Below, piece by piece: positions 29,132 through 38,444 of a stretch of 64,000 nucleotides of DNA. How positions within the stretch are numbered: position 1 is the stretch's first letter; each line of letters starts with the position of its first letter. Both the position numbers and the translations under genes were made by a program. The DNA is taken from the NCBI GenBank assembly GCA_041484665.1, contig JBGPIA010000001.1:813296-877295 (forward strand), read 5' to 3'. This DNA is from Candidatus Krumholzibacteriia bacterium (GTDB lineage: Bacteria; Krumholzibacteriota; Krumholzibacteriia; JAJRXK01). The notes beneath the pieces were generated by a model. It was not told where the DNA came from, did no database searches, and was given only the letters and a program-made list of their open reading frames with translations.

Positions 29132-29646
29132 GACCGCTCGAGGAGTTCGCCGGCCAGGATCTGGAGTGGGTTCAGCCCACGCGTTTGCGGCGCGCTTGGG
29201 ACCTGCGCTCTGGCGCCGAGACCGTGGCCATGCTGCGCTGGCAGCAGACGTTCGGCTCGCTCGCGCTGGGCGAGGCGGCCAACGGGCGCTGGTACTTCAA
29301 ACGGCATGGCTTCATCCCACCCAGGATCACCGCGCGTGCGGAACGGTCCGCCCGCGACCCGGTCACGCTGCAGCTGGGCTGGCTGGGCAAGGGTGAGCTC
29401 CAGACGCCTGACGGCCGCCGGTTTCGTTGGACGCCGATCGGCCTCTTGTACCGCCGGTGGACGATGTCCACCGACGCGGGCAGCGTGGTTCTGCGCTATC
29501 ACACCCACATCGAGCTGCTGCGCAAAGGCGCCACGCTGCGGGTGGAGCGGACCAGCGTCTCGATCGCGCACCTGTCACTGCTGGCGATCTTGGGGTGGTA
29601 CACGATCGTACGGCTCACCGACGAGGCCGCCAGCCACGCCGGTTGA
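29128..29646 (+). CDS. Hypothetical protein, translationally coupled to the M1 aminopeptidase (GTGA overlap)
   Basis: ORF of 172 aa with mixed composition and one C-terminal hydrophobic helix. No recognisable domain. Confidence 0.45.
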   Translation: MRPLEEFAGQDLEWVQPTRLRRAWDLRSGAETVAMLRWQQTFGSLALGEAANGRWYFKRHGFIPPRITARAERSARDPVTLQLGWLGKGELQTPDGRRFRWTPIGLLYRRWTMSTDAGSVVLRYHTHIELLRKGATLRVERTSVSIAHLSLLAILGWYTIVRLTDEAASHAG

Positions 29647-29718
29647 GGCGCGCGGTCCGGCCGTGGGCATTGCCGGGGTGGTGCGAGACACGCGCCGCAC
29701 GCCACGCGTAGCGCAGGA

Positions 29719-31254
29719 TCAGCGGAAGAAGATGAACGTGACCGCCACGAACAGCGGGATCAGGATCGCCCCCGACCACTTGACGTAGCCCAAGAACGAG
29801 GGCATCCGCACGCCGTTCTCCTCGGCAATGGCTTTGACCATGAAGTTGGGGCCGTTGCCGATGTAAGTATTGGCCCCCATGAACACGGAACCGCACGAGA
29901 CGGCCGTGAGCAGCGCCACCGCCTCCGGCCCGTGGGCCAGGAACTGGGCGAGATAGCGGCTGCCCTCTGCGCCCACCCCCAGTGTGCCGCACGCGGCAGC
30001 CGCGAACGTCAGGTAGGTGGGAGCGTTGTCCAGGAAGCTCGACAGCCCCCCCGACGCCCAGAAGAACTGCCACGGGTGCGCGAGCCCGAGCGCAGGACCC
30101 GCGGCATTGAGGATCTGCAGCGGCGCGATCATCGTCAGGAAGATCCCCGCGAACAGCACGGCGACCTCGACGATCGGCCCAAACGTGAAGTTGTGCGCCG
30201 CGCGCGTGGGCTGGCGTGTGGTGACGTAGGCCGCGATCCCCAGCCCCAGCATCAGCCCCTCCTGCAGGCCGAACGGCCAGTGGCCCCCCGCGGCCCCCCA
30301 CCCATTGCCCTTGCCCAGGACCACCAGCACCACGCCCAACAGGAACAGCAGATTGTGCGCGCCCTCGATGCGCAGCGGCTGGTGCTCCATCACCTCGTCC
30401 AAGAGCGACCCGGGCCGCTCCTTCTCGTCCTTGTCGAGCATGAAGTCGTCGAGGAAGTGGAACAGGATCAGCAGCGCGCCGTTGACCAGCAGCCACTCCT
30501 TCCACAGTCGCAGCGTCCACTGGAACGGCACGCCCTTGAGGAAACCCAGGAACAGCGGCGGGTCACCCAGCGGGGTGAGCAGCCCGCCGCAGTTGGACAC
30601 GATGAAGATGAAGAAGATCACCAGGTGGACCTTGCGCAGGCGTTTTGCGTTGGCGCGCAGCAGGGGTCGCACCAGGATCATCGAAGCGCCGGTCGTGCCC
30701 ACCACACTCGCGAGCACAGCCCCGATGGCGAGCAGGGTGGTGTTGGACAGCGGCGTGCCAGCCAGCGAGCCCCGCACGAGGATCCCGCCGCTGATGGTGA
30801 AGAGCGAGCCCAGCAGCGCGATGAACGACAGATAGTCCAGCACCGCCTCGCTCACCCAATGGCCGGCGTGCTCGCCGTGCGACACCAGCAGGTAGGCCGT
30901 CAGCAGACCGCCCAACCCCAGACTCACCAGCGCCCGGTTGCGGTTGTGGTGCCACCAGCGGGGAGCCGTCAGGGGCAGGACCGCGATCGAAAGCAGCAGC
31001 AAGACGAAAGGGAGGACGGTCCACAGCGGCAGGTGTGGCGCGCCCGCCCCGGCCGCCGCCGGCGCAGCGCCTCCTGGATCACCGGAGACCGCTGCAGCCG
31101 GCGCACGCGAGAGGGCGAGCGCGGCCGCGCTCGCCAGGGCGGTCGTGGCGACGATGACGGTCGCGACAACGATGGCGATCCTGGCAACGTTCGCGATCGT
31201 GGCGACGGCTGCGGTCCGAGCGAGGCTGGGGGCGGCCGCCGGGCGGAGGTTCAT
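29719..31254 (-). CDS. NhaD/ArsB-superfamily ion transporter (Na+/H+ antiporter NhaD-like)
   Basis: ~12 TM, ion-transporter superfamily pattern. Start chosen at MNLRPAAAP (ATG 31252-31254). Confidence 0.75.
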   Translation of the reverse strand: MNLRPAAAPSLARTAAVATIANVARIAIVVATVIVATTALASAAALALSRAPAAAVSGDPGGAAPAAAGAGAPHLPLWTVLPFVLLLLSIAVLPLTAPRWWHHNRNRALVSLGLGGLLTAYLLVSHGEHAGHWVSEAVLDYLSFIALLGSLFTISGGILVRGSLAGTPLSNTTLLAIGAVLASVVGTTGASMILVRPLLRANAKRLRKVHLVIFFIFIVSNCGGLLTPLGDPPLFLGFLKGVPFQWTLRLWKEWLLVNGALLILFHFLDDFMLDKDEKERPGSLLDEVMEHQPLRIEGAHNLLFLLGVVLVVLGKGNGWGAAGGHWPFGLQEGLMLGLGIAAYVTTRQPTRAAHNFTFGPIVEVAVLFAGIFLTMIAPLQILNAAGPALGLAHPWQFFWASGGLSSFLDNAPTYLTFAAAACGTLGVGAEGSRYLAQFLAHGPEAVALLTAVSCGSVFMGANTYIGNGPNFMVKAIAEENGVRMPSFLGYVKWSGAILIPLFVAVTFIFFR

Positions 31255-31512
31255 GGGTTTCCACGCCGTCTGCTGGGGTCGCGCCCTTGTAACAGATGGC
31301 CTCGGTCGGGGCAATGCCGTCGCCGAGGTGCTGGCGCCAGGCCGGCCAGCGAGGTCGGCTGTGGTTGGGGTCTGCGCTGGGCTATGACCTCGTATCAAAC
31401 TGTGTTCCAATCGGTTACAGCCTCGTCCGGGATAAGGCCCCAACCCGCCCGCCGCTCTTGCGGCGCTGGCCCGCCCCCGTCGCGATTGCGGCCGACCTCG
31501 GGCCTCTTGCGC

Positions 31513-31545
31513 AGACTATATCTATATGATATCATTTTGCTACCA
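31513..31545 (+). promoter_or_regulatory. AT-rich island (agactatatctatatgatatcattttgctacc) with palindrome TGATATCA upstream of the SPFH gene; probable promoter
   Basis: A 33-nt stretch that is <35% GC in a ~69% GC window. GGAGGTG RBS follows before ATG 31560. Confidence 0.35.
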
Positions 31546-31559
31546 ACCGGAGGTGGTCC

Positions 31560-32441
31560 ATGAACCGCGAGCTGATCCGCGAGAAGAAGCCGAGCGCCGC
31601 CCCGGGCGGCCTGATGTTGGTGGTGCTCTTGGCCGCGCTCATCGGAACGGTCGTCTGGCTCATCCAGTCGGCAAAGACGGGCTCAGGCGAAGGCGTCCTG
31701 GTCAGCCTCGTGCTGCTGGGGATCACCATCGTCGCCCTCCCGGGCCTCACGGTGGTCAACCCGAACCAGGGGCGCGTGCTGGTGCTGTTCGGCACGTACG
31801 TCGGCACCCTCAAGGAGCAGGGATTCTGGTACGTGAATCCCTTCTGCCAGAAGCGGTCGATCTCCCTGAAGGTGCGGAACTTCGAGAGCTCCAAGCTCAA
31901 GGTCAACGACCACGACGGCAACCCGATCGAGATCGCCGCGGTGGTGGTCTGGCGGGTCGTGGAGACCGCCGAAGCGATCTTCCAGGTCGACGACTACGAG
32001 AATTTCGTCCACGTGCAGAGCGAGGCGGCGCTGCGCAACCTGGCGACTTCGTATCCCTACGATCAGCACGTTGAGGGTCAGAAGGCCCTGCGCAGTCACA
32101 CGTCGGACGTGGCCGAGGACCTCAAGAAGGAGATCCAGGACCGGCTGACGAAGGCTGGTGTGAACGTGATCGAGGCGCGCATCAGCCACCTGGCATATGC
32201 GCCCGAGATCGCCGGTGCGATGCTGCGCCGCCAGCAAGCGAACGCCATCGTGGCAGCGCGCCAGAGGATCGTGGAGGGCGCCGTGGGCATGGTGGAGATG
32301 GCCCTGGAGATGCTCTCGCAGAAGCACGTCGTGCAGCTCGACGAGGAGCGCAAGGCCGCCATGGTCAGCAATCTACTGGTGGTGCTCTGCAGCGATCAGC
32401 ACACCCAGCCCGTGGTGAATACGGGGTCCCTCTACACGTGA
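31560..32441 (+). CDS. SPFH domain / band 7 family protein
   Basis: N-terminal TM followed by an SPFH core ([18 protein letters not shown]...). Confidence 0.85.
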   Translation: MNRELIREKKPSAAPGGLMLVVLLAALIGTVVWLIQSAKTGSGEGVLVSLVLLGITIVALPGLTVVNPNQGRVLVLFGTYVGTLKEQGFWYVNPFCQKRSISLKVRNFESSKLKVNDHDGNPIEIAAVVVWRVVETAEAIFQVDDYENFVHVQSEAALRNLATSYPYDQHVEGQKALRSHTSDVAEDLKKEIQDRLTKAGVNVIEARISHLAYAPEIAGAMLRRQQANAIVAARQRIVEGAVGMVEMALEMLSQKHVVQLDEERKAAMVSNLLVVLCSDQHTQPVVNTGSLYT

Positions 32442-32445
32442 GCTT

Positions 32446-32667
32446 GTGATCGTGGCGGACCGGCGCTCCTACCTGCTGCGGATCGATCGCAAAGTGCTCG
32501 ACGCGATGCAGCGCTGGGCGCGGGACGACCTGCGCAGCGTCAATGCGCAGATCGAGTTCGTGCTGCGCCGGGCGCTGCACGGCGAGGGCCGCTTGCCGCA
32601 GGAGGACCCCACCGCGGGCTCCGCCAAGCCTCCCTTGGACCCCGGGCGGCGCAGGGATCCGCCGTAA
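32446..32667 (+). CDS. Arc-family ribbon-helix-helix DNA-binding protein
   Basis: LLRIDRKVLDAMQRWARDDLRSVNAQIEFVLRRAL fits the Arc/Mnt pattern fnLRlp.el...l...A...grSmNaeIv.rL. GTG start 4 nt after the SPFH stop. Confidence 0.55.
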   Translation: MIVADRRSYLLRIDRKVLDAMQRWARDDLRSVNAQIEFVLRRALHGEGRLPQEDPTAGSAKPPLDPGRRRDPP

Positions 32668-33182
32668 GGCCGTTCGTGATCTCGGGACCCAAGTGTCCAC
32701 GCGCGCTCCCGGTCCCGACCTCTGTCCCCCCGGTGCGCATCCGGCAGGTCCAGTTCGTTCCTCTCTCGGGAGGGCGGGGCTGCGGACAGAAGCGCGCGCC
32801 AGTCGGCCCCTCGCTTGGCGATGGCATGGCAATCGACTAAGCTCCGTCGGCCTGGTCCGCTCCGCGGAGCACCGCGCACCCGTGGGGGCGCAGCGGTGGA
32901 CCACGGCCCGCCGCCCGACCCCGTCCATGGACCACGCCCCGCCGGACCCTCCGCAAGCCCCCCCGCCGGCGCGACCGCGACCAGAGTCCTCCACGCTGGG
33001 CTCGTCCCACCTCGCGCTGTACGTAGCGTCGTAAGACCTGCGTCCCGGCGGCCGATCGCCCGCTGCCCGGCCTGATGAAGGGCGTTCGGCGCTCGCTGCA
33101 GCGCCCGGGCCTCCAGCGGCATCTGCTCAAGTAGGAGGCCCCGCACGGGGTGCCTCGCATGGATCGGCCCGGGAGGAATGCC

Positions 33183-33374
33183 ATGTCGCACCGGTACACG
33201 ACGCCGCACTTGATCGCCCGCATCTGGCCGGCCCCGCAACCGAGACCGCGGGCGCAGGTCCTGCCGCTCTCGCGCTACAGCCGGCGCCGCGATCCGACGT
33301 TCCAGCACATGGTTGGGTCGTGGGCGTTGGCGGGCGTGCTGACGCTTCTCGCGCTGCTCGCCACGCGGCTTTGA
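33183..33374 (+). CDS. Possible small membrane-anchored protein (63 aa)
   Basis: GGGAGGA RBS 5 nt before ATG. C-terminal hydrophobic helix WALAGVLTLLALLATRL. No homology recognised. Confidence 0.3.
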   Translation: MSHRYTTPHLIARIWPAPQPRPRAQVLPLSRYSRRRDPTFQHMVGSWALAGVLTLLALLATRL

Positions 33375-33440
33375 CCGGTTGGGGTTGACCGGCAAGTCTG
33401 GCGAACCGCTCTGCCCCACCTCGCGGAGAATCGGATCCTT

Positions 33441-33695
33441 CTACCGGACGAAGCTGATCGGCAGGCTCGCGGCTTCGCCAACCGCCTCGAGGCGGGCTAC
33501 GTAGCTGCCGGAGCCGACCGCCTTGCCCCGCAGGCCCGTTCCATCCCACACCACTCGATGGCTGCCGCGCGGCACGTCCTCGTCCTCCTGAGTCCGGACG
33601 AGCCTGCCACCCAATCGGTAGATGCTCAGGCGGACGTGCGCCGCGGCAGGCAGCTGGGCGAGGTATCTTTGGCCCTGGGGATGGTGAACACGCCT
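33441..33695 (-). pseudogene. Orphan T9SS-type C-terminal sorting domain fragment (~85 aa) with no upstream protein body
   Basis: Minus-strand frame gives ...RVHHPQGQRYLAQLPAAAHVRLSIYRLGGRLVRTQEDEDVPRGSHRVVWDGTGLRGKAVGSGSYVARLEAVGEAASLPISFVR*, the same CTD pattern as the 2003-4786 protein. ppk1 terminates at 33793, so upstream there is room for fewer than 35 codons. Confidence 0.5.
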
Positions 33696-33792
33696 GGCGC
33701 GCCCGGGGAGTGCGGAGCGCCGGCGCCTTCTGCTGCGCGTCCGTCTACGGCTGCGCTTCCGTCTACGGCTGAGCTTCCGTCTTTGGCCGCGC

Positions 33793-36051
33793 CTACGACC
33801 GCCGCGCCCCGGCGCGGCGCGCCAGCAGCCACGCCTGGCTGCTGATGCGGGTTTCGTCGTCGTGCGGCTGGACGCGCTCGTAGACGCCTGTCGGCAGCAG
33901 TCGGCGCGCTTTCACGTTGTCGGCGAGTTGCACCGCCAGCACCTCGTCGCGCAGGTGGCGCACCAGCACGGGGTCCTCCACGGGGAAGAGGACCTCCACG
34001 CGGCGGGTCAGGTTGCGCGGCATGAGGTCGGCGCTGCCCAGGTAGACCGCCTCGCTCCCCCCGTTGCGGAAATAGTAGATGCGGCTGTGCTCCAGGAAGC
34101 GCCCCACGATGCTGGTGACGCGGATGTTATCGCTCACGCCCTGGATGCCGGGGATCAGGCAGCAAATGCCCCGCACCAGCAGGTCGATCTTCACGCCCGC
34201 CTGCGACGCGCGGTAGAGCAGCTGGATCATCCGCTTGTCGGCCAGGGAGTTCATCTTGAAGATCAGGTGCCCCTGCTCGCCATGTTCCTGGTGCTCGATC
34301 TCACGCTCGATGAGTTGCTCGAGCCCTTTGCGCAGGTTGATGGGCGCGACTAGCAGCTTGCGGTAGGCCGTCTTGGCGGAGTAACCGGTCAGGTAGTTGA
34401 ACAGGTCGGTCGCGTCGGCCCCGATCGCTTCGTCGCAGGTGAAGAAGCCAAGATCCGTATACACCTGCGCCGTGGTGGTGTTGTAGTTGCCCGTGGAGAG
34501 GTGGACGTAGCGGCGGATGCGGTCCGCCTCGTTGCGCACGACCAGGGCGATCTTGCAGTGGGTCTTCAGCCCCACCAGTCCGTAGATCACGTGCACGCCC
34601 TCGCGCTCCAGCGCGCGTGCCCAGCCGATGTTGCTCTCCTCGTCGAAACGCGCCTTGAGCTCCACCAACACCGCCACCTGCTTGCCGTGCTCGCGCGCCT
34701 CCAGCAGCGCCTCCACCACCGGGGAGTTGCGCCCGACGCGGTACAGGGTCTGCTTGATGGCCAGCACCTGGGGGTCTCGCGCGGCGCGCTCGATGAAGTC
34801 GACGACCGGCGCGAACGAGTCGAATGGATGGTGCAGCAGGATGTCCTGCTGGCGGATGGTCGCGAAGATGTCCCCTTCGCCGGTCTCGGGCGAGAGCGCT
34901 GCCGGCGTTGCGGGCATGAACGGCGGTTCCTTGAGGTCGCGGCGGTCCACGGCGTGCAACTCCATCAGGCTGCGCAGTCCCAGCGGCGCCGGCAGCGCGT
35001 AGACATCCTTGGGGTCCATACCGAGGTTTTCCACCAGGATGTCGCGGATCTTCACCGGCATGTCCTCGGTCACGGTCAGCCGCACGACAGAGCGGAATCG
35101 CCGCTCGCGCACCCCTTGCTCGATCGTCTCCAGCAAGTCGTCCGCCTCCAGCTCCTGGATCACGAAGTCCGCGTCGCGGGTCACCTGGAATGGGTACGCC
35201 GCCACGATCTCCATCCCCGGGAACAGCGCCTGCAGGTTGGCGGCGATCATCTGCTCGAGCCACACAAAGCAGAGCCCCTGCGGCGCACCGTCCAAGGCCC
35301 GGGCAACCCGCGGGCGGCGGACCGTGACCAGGCGCGGGAATGCCTCGGGCACCTTCAGGCGCGCGAAGCGCTCCTGCCCCTGGGGATCGCGGATCGAGAT
35401 GGCCAGGTTCAGGCTCAGGTTGGAGATGTGCGGGAACGGACGTCCCGGATCAAAGGCCAGCGGCGTCAGGACCGGGAAGACAGCCTCGTCGAAGTATTTC
35501 TGGACGCCGGCGCGCTGCTCGTCGTCGAGCTCGCGGTACTCCAGAAGGTGCACACCGGCGGCGCGGAGCTTGGGCAGCAGATCTTCCTTGAGCGTGATGC
35601 GCGCCTGGCGAGCGAGCCGCTCGGCGGTGCGCCGGACGGCTGCCAGCTGCTCGGCGGGCGTGAGCCCGTCGGGTGGCAGGTCGACGAACCCGGCGCTGAT
35701 CTGCTGCCGTAGCCCCGCCACCCGCACCATGAAGAACTCGTCGAGATTGGAGGCAACGATGGCGAGGAACTTCACCCGATCCAACAGTGCATTGCTCTCG
35801 TCCTGGGCCTCCTCCAGCACACGCCACTGGAAGTCCAGGAGTGCCATCTCGCGGTTGAGGAAAAGGCGCGGATCGTCCAGGTCCACGTCCGGCGGCAGCG
35901 GGTGTTGTGCTGCAGGGGGTTGCGGCCCCGTGGTGCGCGCGGCCGGGGGCTGCGTCGGATCGGGCTGCGCAGGCGCGGGCGCAGCGACGGCAGGCTGCGC
36001 AGGCGCGGGCGGTGCCGGCTGGACGGGCTGGGCGGGATCGGAGGGCGACAT
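33793..36051 (-). CDS. ppk: Polyphosphate kinase 1
   Basis: Characteristic PPK1 N-terminal ...DLDDPRLFLNREMALLDFQWRVLEEAQDE...VKFLAIVASNLDEFFMVRVAGL... and tandem PLD-like C-terminal domains. Start at MSPSDPAQ (ATG 36049-36051), preceded by a Pro/Ala-rich leader. Confidence 0.9.
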   Translation of the reverse strand: MSPSDPAQPVQPAPPAPAQPAVAAPAPAQPDPTQPPAARTTGPQPPAAQHPLPPDVDLDDPRLFLNREMALLDFQWRVLEEAQDESNALLDRVKFLAIVASNLDEFFMVRVAGLRQQISAGFVDLPPDGLTPAEQLAAVRRTAERLARQARITLKEDLLPKLRAAGVHLLEYRELDDEQRAGVQKYFDEAVFPVLTPLAFDPGRPFPHISNLSLNLAISIRDPQGQERFARLKVPEAFPRLVTVRRPRVARALDGAPQGLCFVWLEQMIAANLQALFPGMEIVAAYPFQVTRDADFVIQELEADDLLETIEQGVRERRFRSVVRLTVTEDMPVKIRDILVENLGMDPKDVYALPAPLGLRSLMELHAVDRRDLKEPPFMPATPAALSPETGEGDIFATIRQQDILLHHPFDSFAPVVDFIERAARDPQVLAIKQTLYRVGRNSPVVEALLEAREHGKQVAVLVELKARFDEESNIGWARALEREGVHVIYGLVGLKTHCKIALVVRNEADRIRRYVHLSTGNYNTTTAQVYTDLGFFTCDEAIGADATDLFNYLTGYSAKTAYRKLLVAPINLRKGLEQLIEREIEHQEHGEQGHLIFKMNSLADKRMIQLLYRASQAGVKIDLLVRGICCLIPGIQGVSDNIRVTSIVGRFLEHSRIYYFRNGGSEAVYLGSADLMPRNLTRRVEVLFPVEDPVLVRHLRDEVLAVQLADNVKARRLLPTGVYERVQPHDDETRISSQAWLLARRAGARRS

Positions 36052-36059
36052 GGAGTTTT

Positions 36060-36947
36060 CTACTGTAACTGGTCGGCCTTGTTCCTGGTCTGTTTCGCGT
36101 TCTTGGTCTTGGTCCGGTTGCGGTTCTCGCTCTTGTGCCCGGTCTTGCTCTTGATCTTGCTCCTGCTCTTGTCGCGATCCTGGCCCGAGCGCCCCTTCCC
36201 ACCACCATTCTCGCCGAAGGGCAGGTGCTGGAAGGGATCGTGCTGCAGCTCGCGGCCGAGGCCATCCACGAGCGTGCGCAGGATCTTGACCCGAGCATAC
36301 CACTTGGCGTTGGCCTCCACGATCGTCCAGGGAGCGGTCGCGGTGCTGGTCTTCAGGAGCATCTCGTCCACGGCCGCATAGTACGCGTCCCACCTGCCGC
36401 GATTGCGCCAGTCCTCGTCGGTGAGCTTCCAGCTCTTCAGTTTGTCGTCGGACCGCGCCTCGAAGCGGTGCAGCTGCTCCTCCTTGCCGACGTGCAGCCA
36501 GAACTTGAAGAGGATCGTCCCGAACTCGACGAGCTGGCGCTCGAAGTCGTTGATCTCGCGGTAGGCGCGCTTCCAGGCCTCCTCCGTGCAGAAGCCCTCG
36601 ACGCGCTCCACCATCACGCGCCCGTACCAGCTGCGGTCGAAGATCGCGATCTGTCCGGCCTCGGGGATCCGCCGCCAGAAGCGCCAAAGATAATGGTGCG
36701 TCGCGTCGTCACCTTTCGGCGCGGCGATGGGATGCACCACGTAGCCGCGCGGATCGAGTTGGCGAGTCACGCGCTTGATGGCGCCCCCCTTGCCCGCCGC
36801 GTCCCAGCCCTCGAACACGATCGCCACCGGGCGCTTGCGTACGAACACCTGGCGCCCCAGCACGTCGAGGGCGGCTTGGTAGCGCACGAGCTCGCGCTCG
36901 TACTCGTCCTTGTTCATCGAGAGCGTCAGCTCGACCTTGTCCAACAT
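36060..36947 (-). CDS. ppk2: Polyphosphate kinase 2 (PPK2 family) with a Lys/Arg-rich C-terminal tail
   Basis: AIVFEGWDAAGKGGAI (Walker A), IAIFDRSWYGRVMVERV, KFWLHVGKEEQLHRF. The last 45 aa are highly basic (GKGRSGQDRDKSRSKIKSKTGHKSENRNRTKTKNAKQTRNK). Confidence 0.85.
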   Translation of the reverse strand: MLDKVELTLSMNKDEYERELVRYQAALDVLGRQVFVRKRPVAIVFEGWDAAGKGGAIKRVTRQLDPRGYVVHPIAAPKGDDATHHYLWRFWRRIPEAGQIAIFDRSWYGRVMVERVEGFCTEEAWKRAYREINDFERQLVEFGTILFKFWLHVGKEEQLHRFEARSDDKLKSWKLTDEDWRNRGRWDAYYAAVDEMLLKTSTATAPWTIVEANAKWYARVKILRTLVDGLGRELQHDPFQHLPFGENGGGKGRSGQDRDKSRSKIKSKTGHKSENRNRTKTKNAKQTRNKADQLQ

Positions 36948-36977
36948 GGCGTTACCTTGGGTGCGCGGGGAGCGCTG

Positions 36978-37832
36978 TCAGATCGTGCCCGTCGACGGCG
37001 ACGGCGGCGCGCCCGCCGGCGACCCAACGGCGGTCGCGGGCGACGGCCCCGCGGCCGCGGTCGTGGCGCCGGTGGATGTCCGGGCGGGCAGCTTCGCCAG
37101 CCGCTCCTCGATCGCCGCCAGGATCGTCTCGAGGACCGTCGCGCGGGCGAAGTGCCGGTCGGTAGCCTCGACGATCGTCCAGGGGCCCCACTCCGTGGTC
37201 GTGCGCTCCAGCATCTCCTCGACTGCGCGGGCGTACTGGTCGTACTGCGCGTGGTGCTCCCAGTCCTCGGGGGCCACGTGCCAGGCCGTCAGGGGGTCCT
37301 TGCTGAGTCGCTTGAAACGGCGCTTCTGCTCTTTTTTTGTGATGTGGAGCCAGAACTTGAGGATGGCGTAGCCCTCGTCGGCCAGCGTCCGCTCGAAATC
37401 CACGATGTCCCGGTAGGCGCGCCGCCAGAGCTTGGGCGGGGCGAGCTCCTCCACGCGCTCGACGAGGACGCGCCCGTACCAGGAGCGGTCGAAAATGGCC
37501 CAGTGTCCGCGCCCGGGCAGCCGCAGCCAGAAGCGCCACAGCCAGGGGCGACGCTTCTCCTCGCCGCGGGCTTCGCGGATCGGGTGGATGGTGAACCCGC
37601 GCGGGTCCATCAGCGAGCTCAGCAGGCGGATGGTCGTGCCCTTCCCCGCTGCGTCCCACCCCTCGAAGACGATCACCACCGGGATTCCAGCCTCCCACGA
37701 GGCCTTCTGGGCGGCGTAGAGCCGCTCGCCCAGCGCGGGAAGGATCCGGTCGTACTCCGCCTTCGCCAGCTGCTTGTCCAGATCGACCTGCTCGAGCATG
37801 ACGGCCTGCCTGCGGCGGAGAGTCCGGGGCAC
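36978..37832 (-). CDS. ppk2: Polyphosphate kinase 2 (PPK2 family), second paralog
   Basis: VVIVFEGWDAAGKGTTI, AIFDRSWYGRVLVERV, KFWLHITKKEQKRRF. Possible alternative start at M12 (37799). Confidence 0.85.
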   Translation of the reverse strand: MPRTLRRRQAVMLEQVDLDKQLAKAEYDRILPALGERLYAAQKASWEAGIPVVIVFEGWDAAGKGTTIRLLSSLMDPRGFTIHPIREARGEEKRRPWLWRFWLRLPGRGHWAIFDRSWYGRVLVERVEELAPPKLWRRAYRDIVDFERTLADEGYAILKFWLHITKKEQKRRFKRLSKDPLTAWHVAPEDWEHHAQYDQYARAVEEMLERTTTEWGPWTIVEATDRHFARATVLETILAAIEERLAKLPARTSTGATTAAAGPSPATAVGSPAGAPPSPSTGTI

Positions 37833-38444
37833 CGTGGCAGGGAGCGCCGGCCGGCGCTCCCGCGGGGTGGGCCAAGCAAGGTTCGAACCGCCTGTGGCCG
37901 TCGCGGACCGGCGAGGCGCGGCGGCGCATGGAATCTACGCTCTGCTGTCACTCAGGCGAGCTGACGGTGCTCGATCAGCTCTGCATGGCGCCGGGAGGCC
38001 CGGCCCGTGACGAGGCCAAGCGGACGAGGTGCCAGGCGCACGCACGCGACCACGAGGTCGTCGATTGCGATCCCGCCGTGCTCGCTTGCGTCGCGAATGT
38101 GGAGCTGGGGAGCGCGGCGGTGGTCGTAGACCACGCAGAACATCCTGATCACGACAGGATCACGATCGCGAAAAATCGGCAGATTTCCGGCATTTGGGAC
38201 CCTCCAGGGAGGCTGTCGCCTCGAAGGCGAAAGGATACGCCGCCGTGGAAACGCCGGCAACCGGGCGACCTCCGCCTGGGCAACCTCCGCCGCGCGGCTC
38301 CCCGCTGCCGCGCACCCGCGGAACCGGGGTGACGGGCTCCCTTGCCTTGGGTTACCCTGGACCCGTTTCTTGCGCGCCGGAGGCCGCTGGCTCTCCCTCC
38401 AGCCCCCGGCCCAGAGCTCCCCAGCCCTCCCAGAAGAGAGCCCA

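Noticed and set aside
37860-37885. GGTTCGAACC motif reminiscent of a tRNA T-arm
   Set aside because: I could not fold the surrounding 75 nt into a cloverleaf: no matching acceptor or anticodon stems.
37952-38146. 64-aa minus-strand ORF (MFCVVYDHRRAPQLHIRDASEHGGIAIDDLVVACVRLAPRPLGLVTGRASRRHAELIEHRQLA) whose C-terminal 40 aa resemble the C-terminus of PIN-domain VapC toxins
   Set aside because: Too short and lacks the N-terminal acidic PIN residues. No antitoxin-like partner and no RBS. At best a remnant; not annotated.
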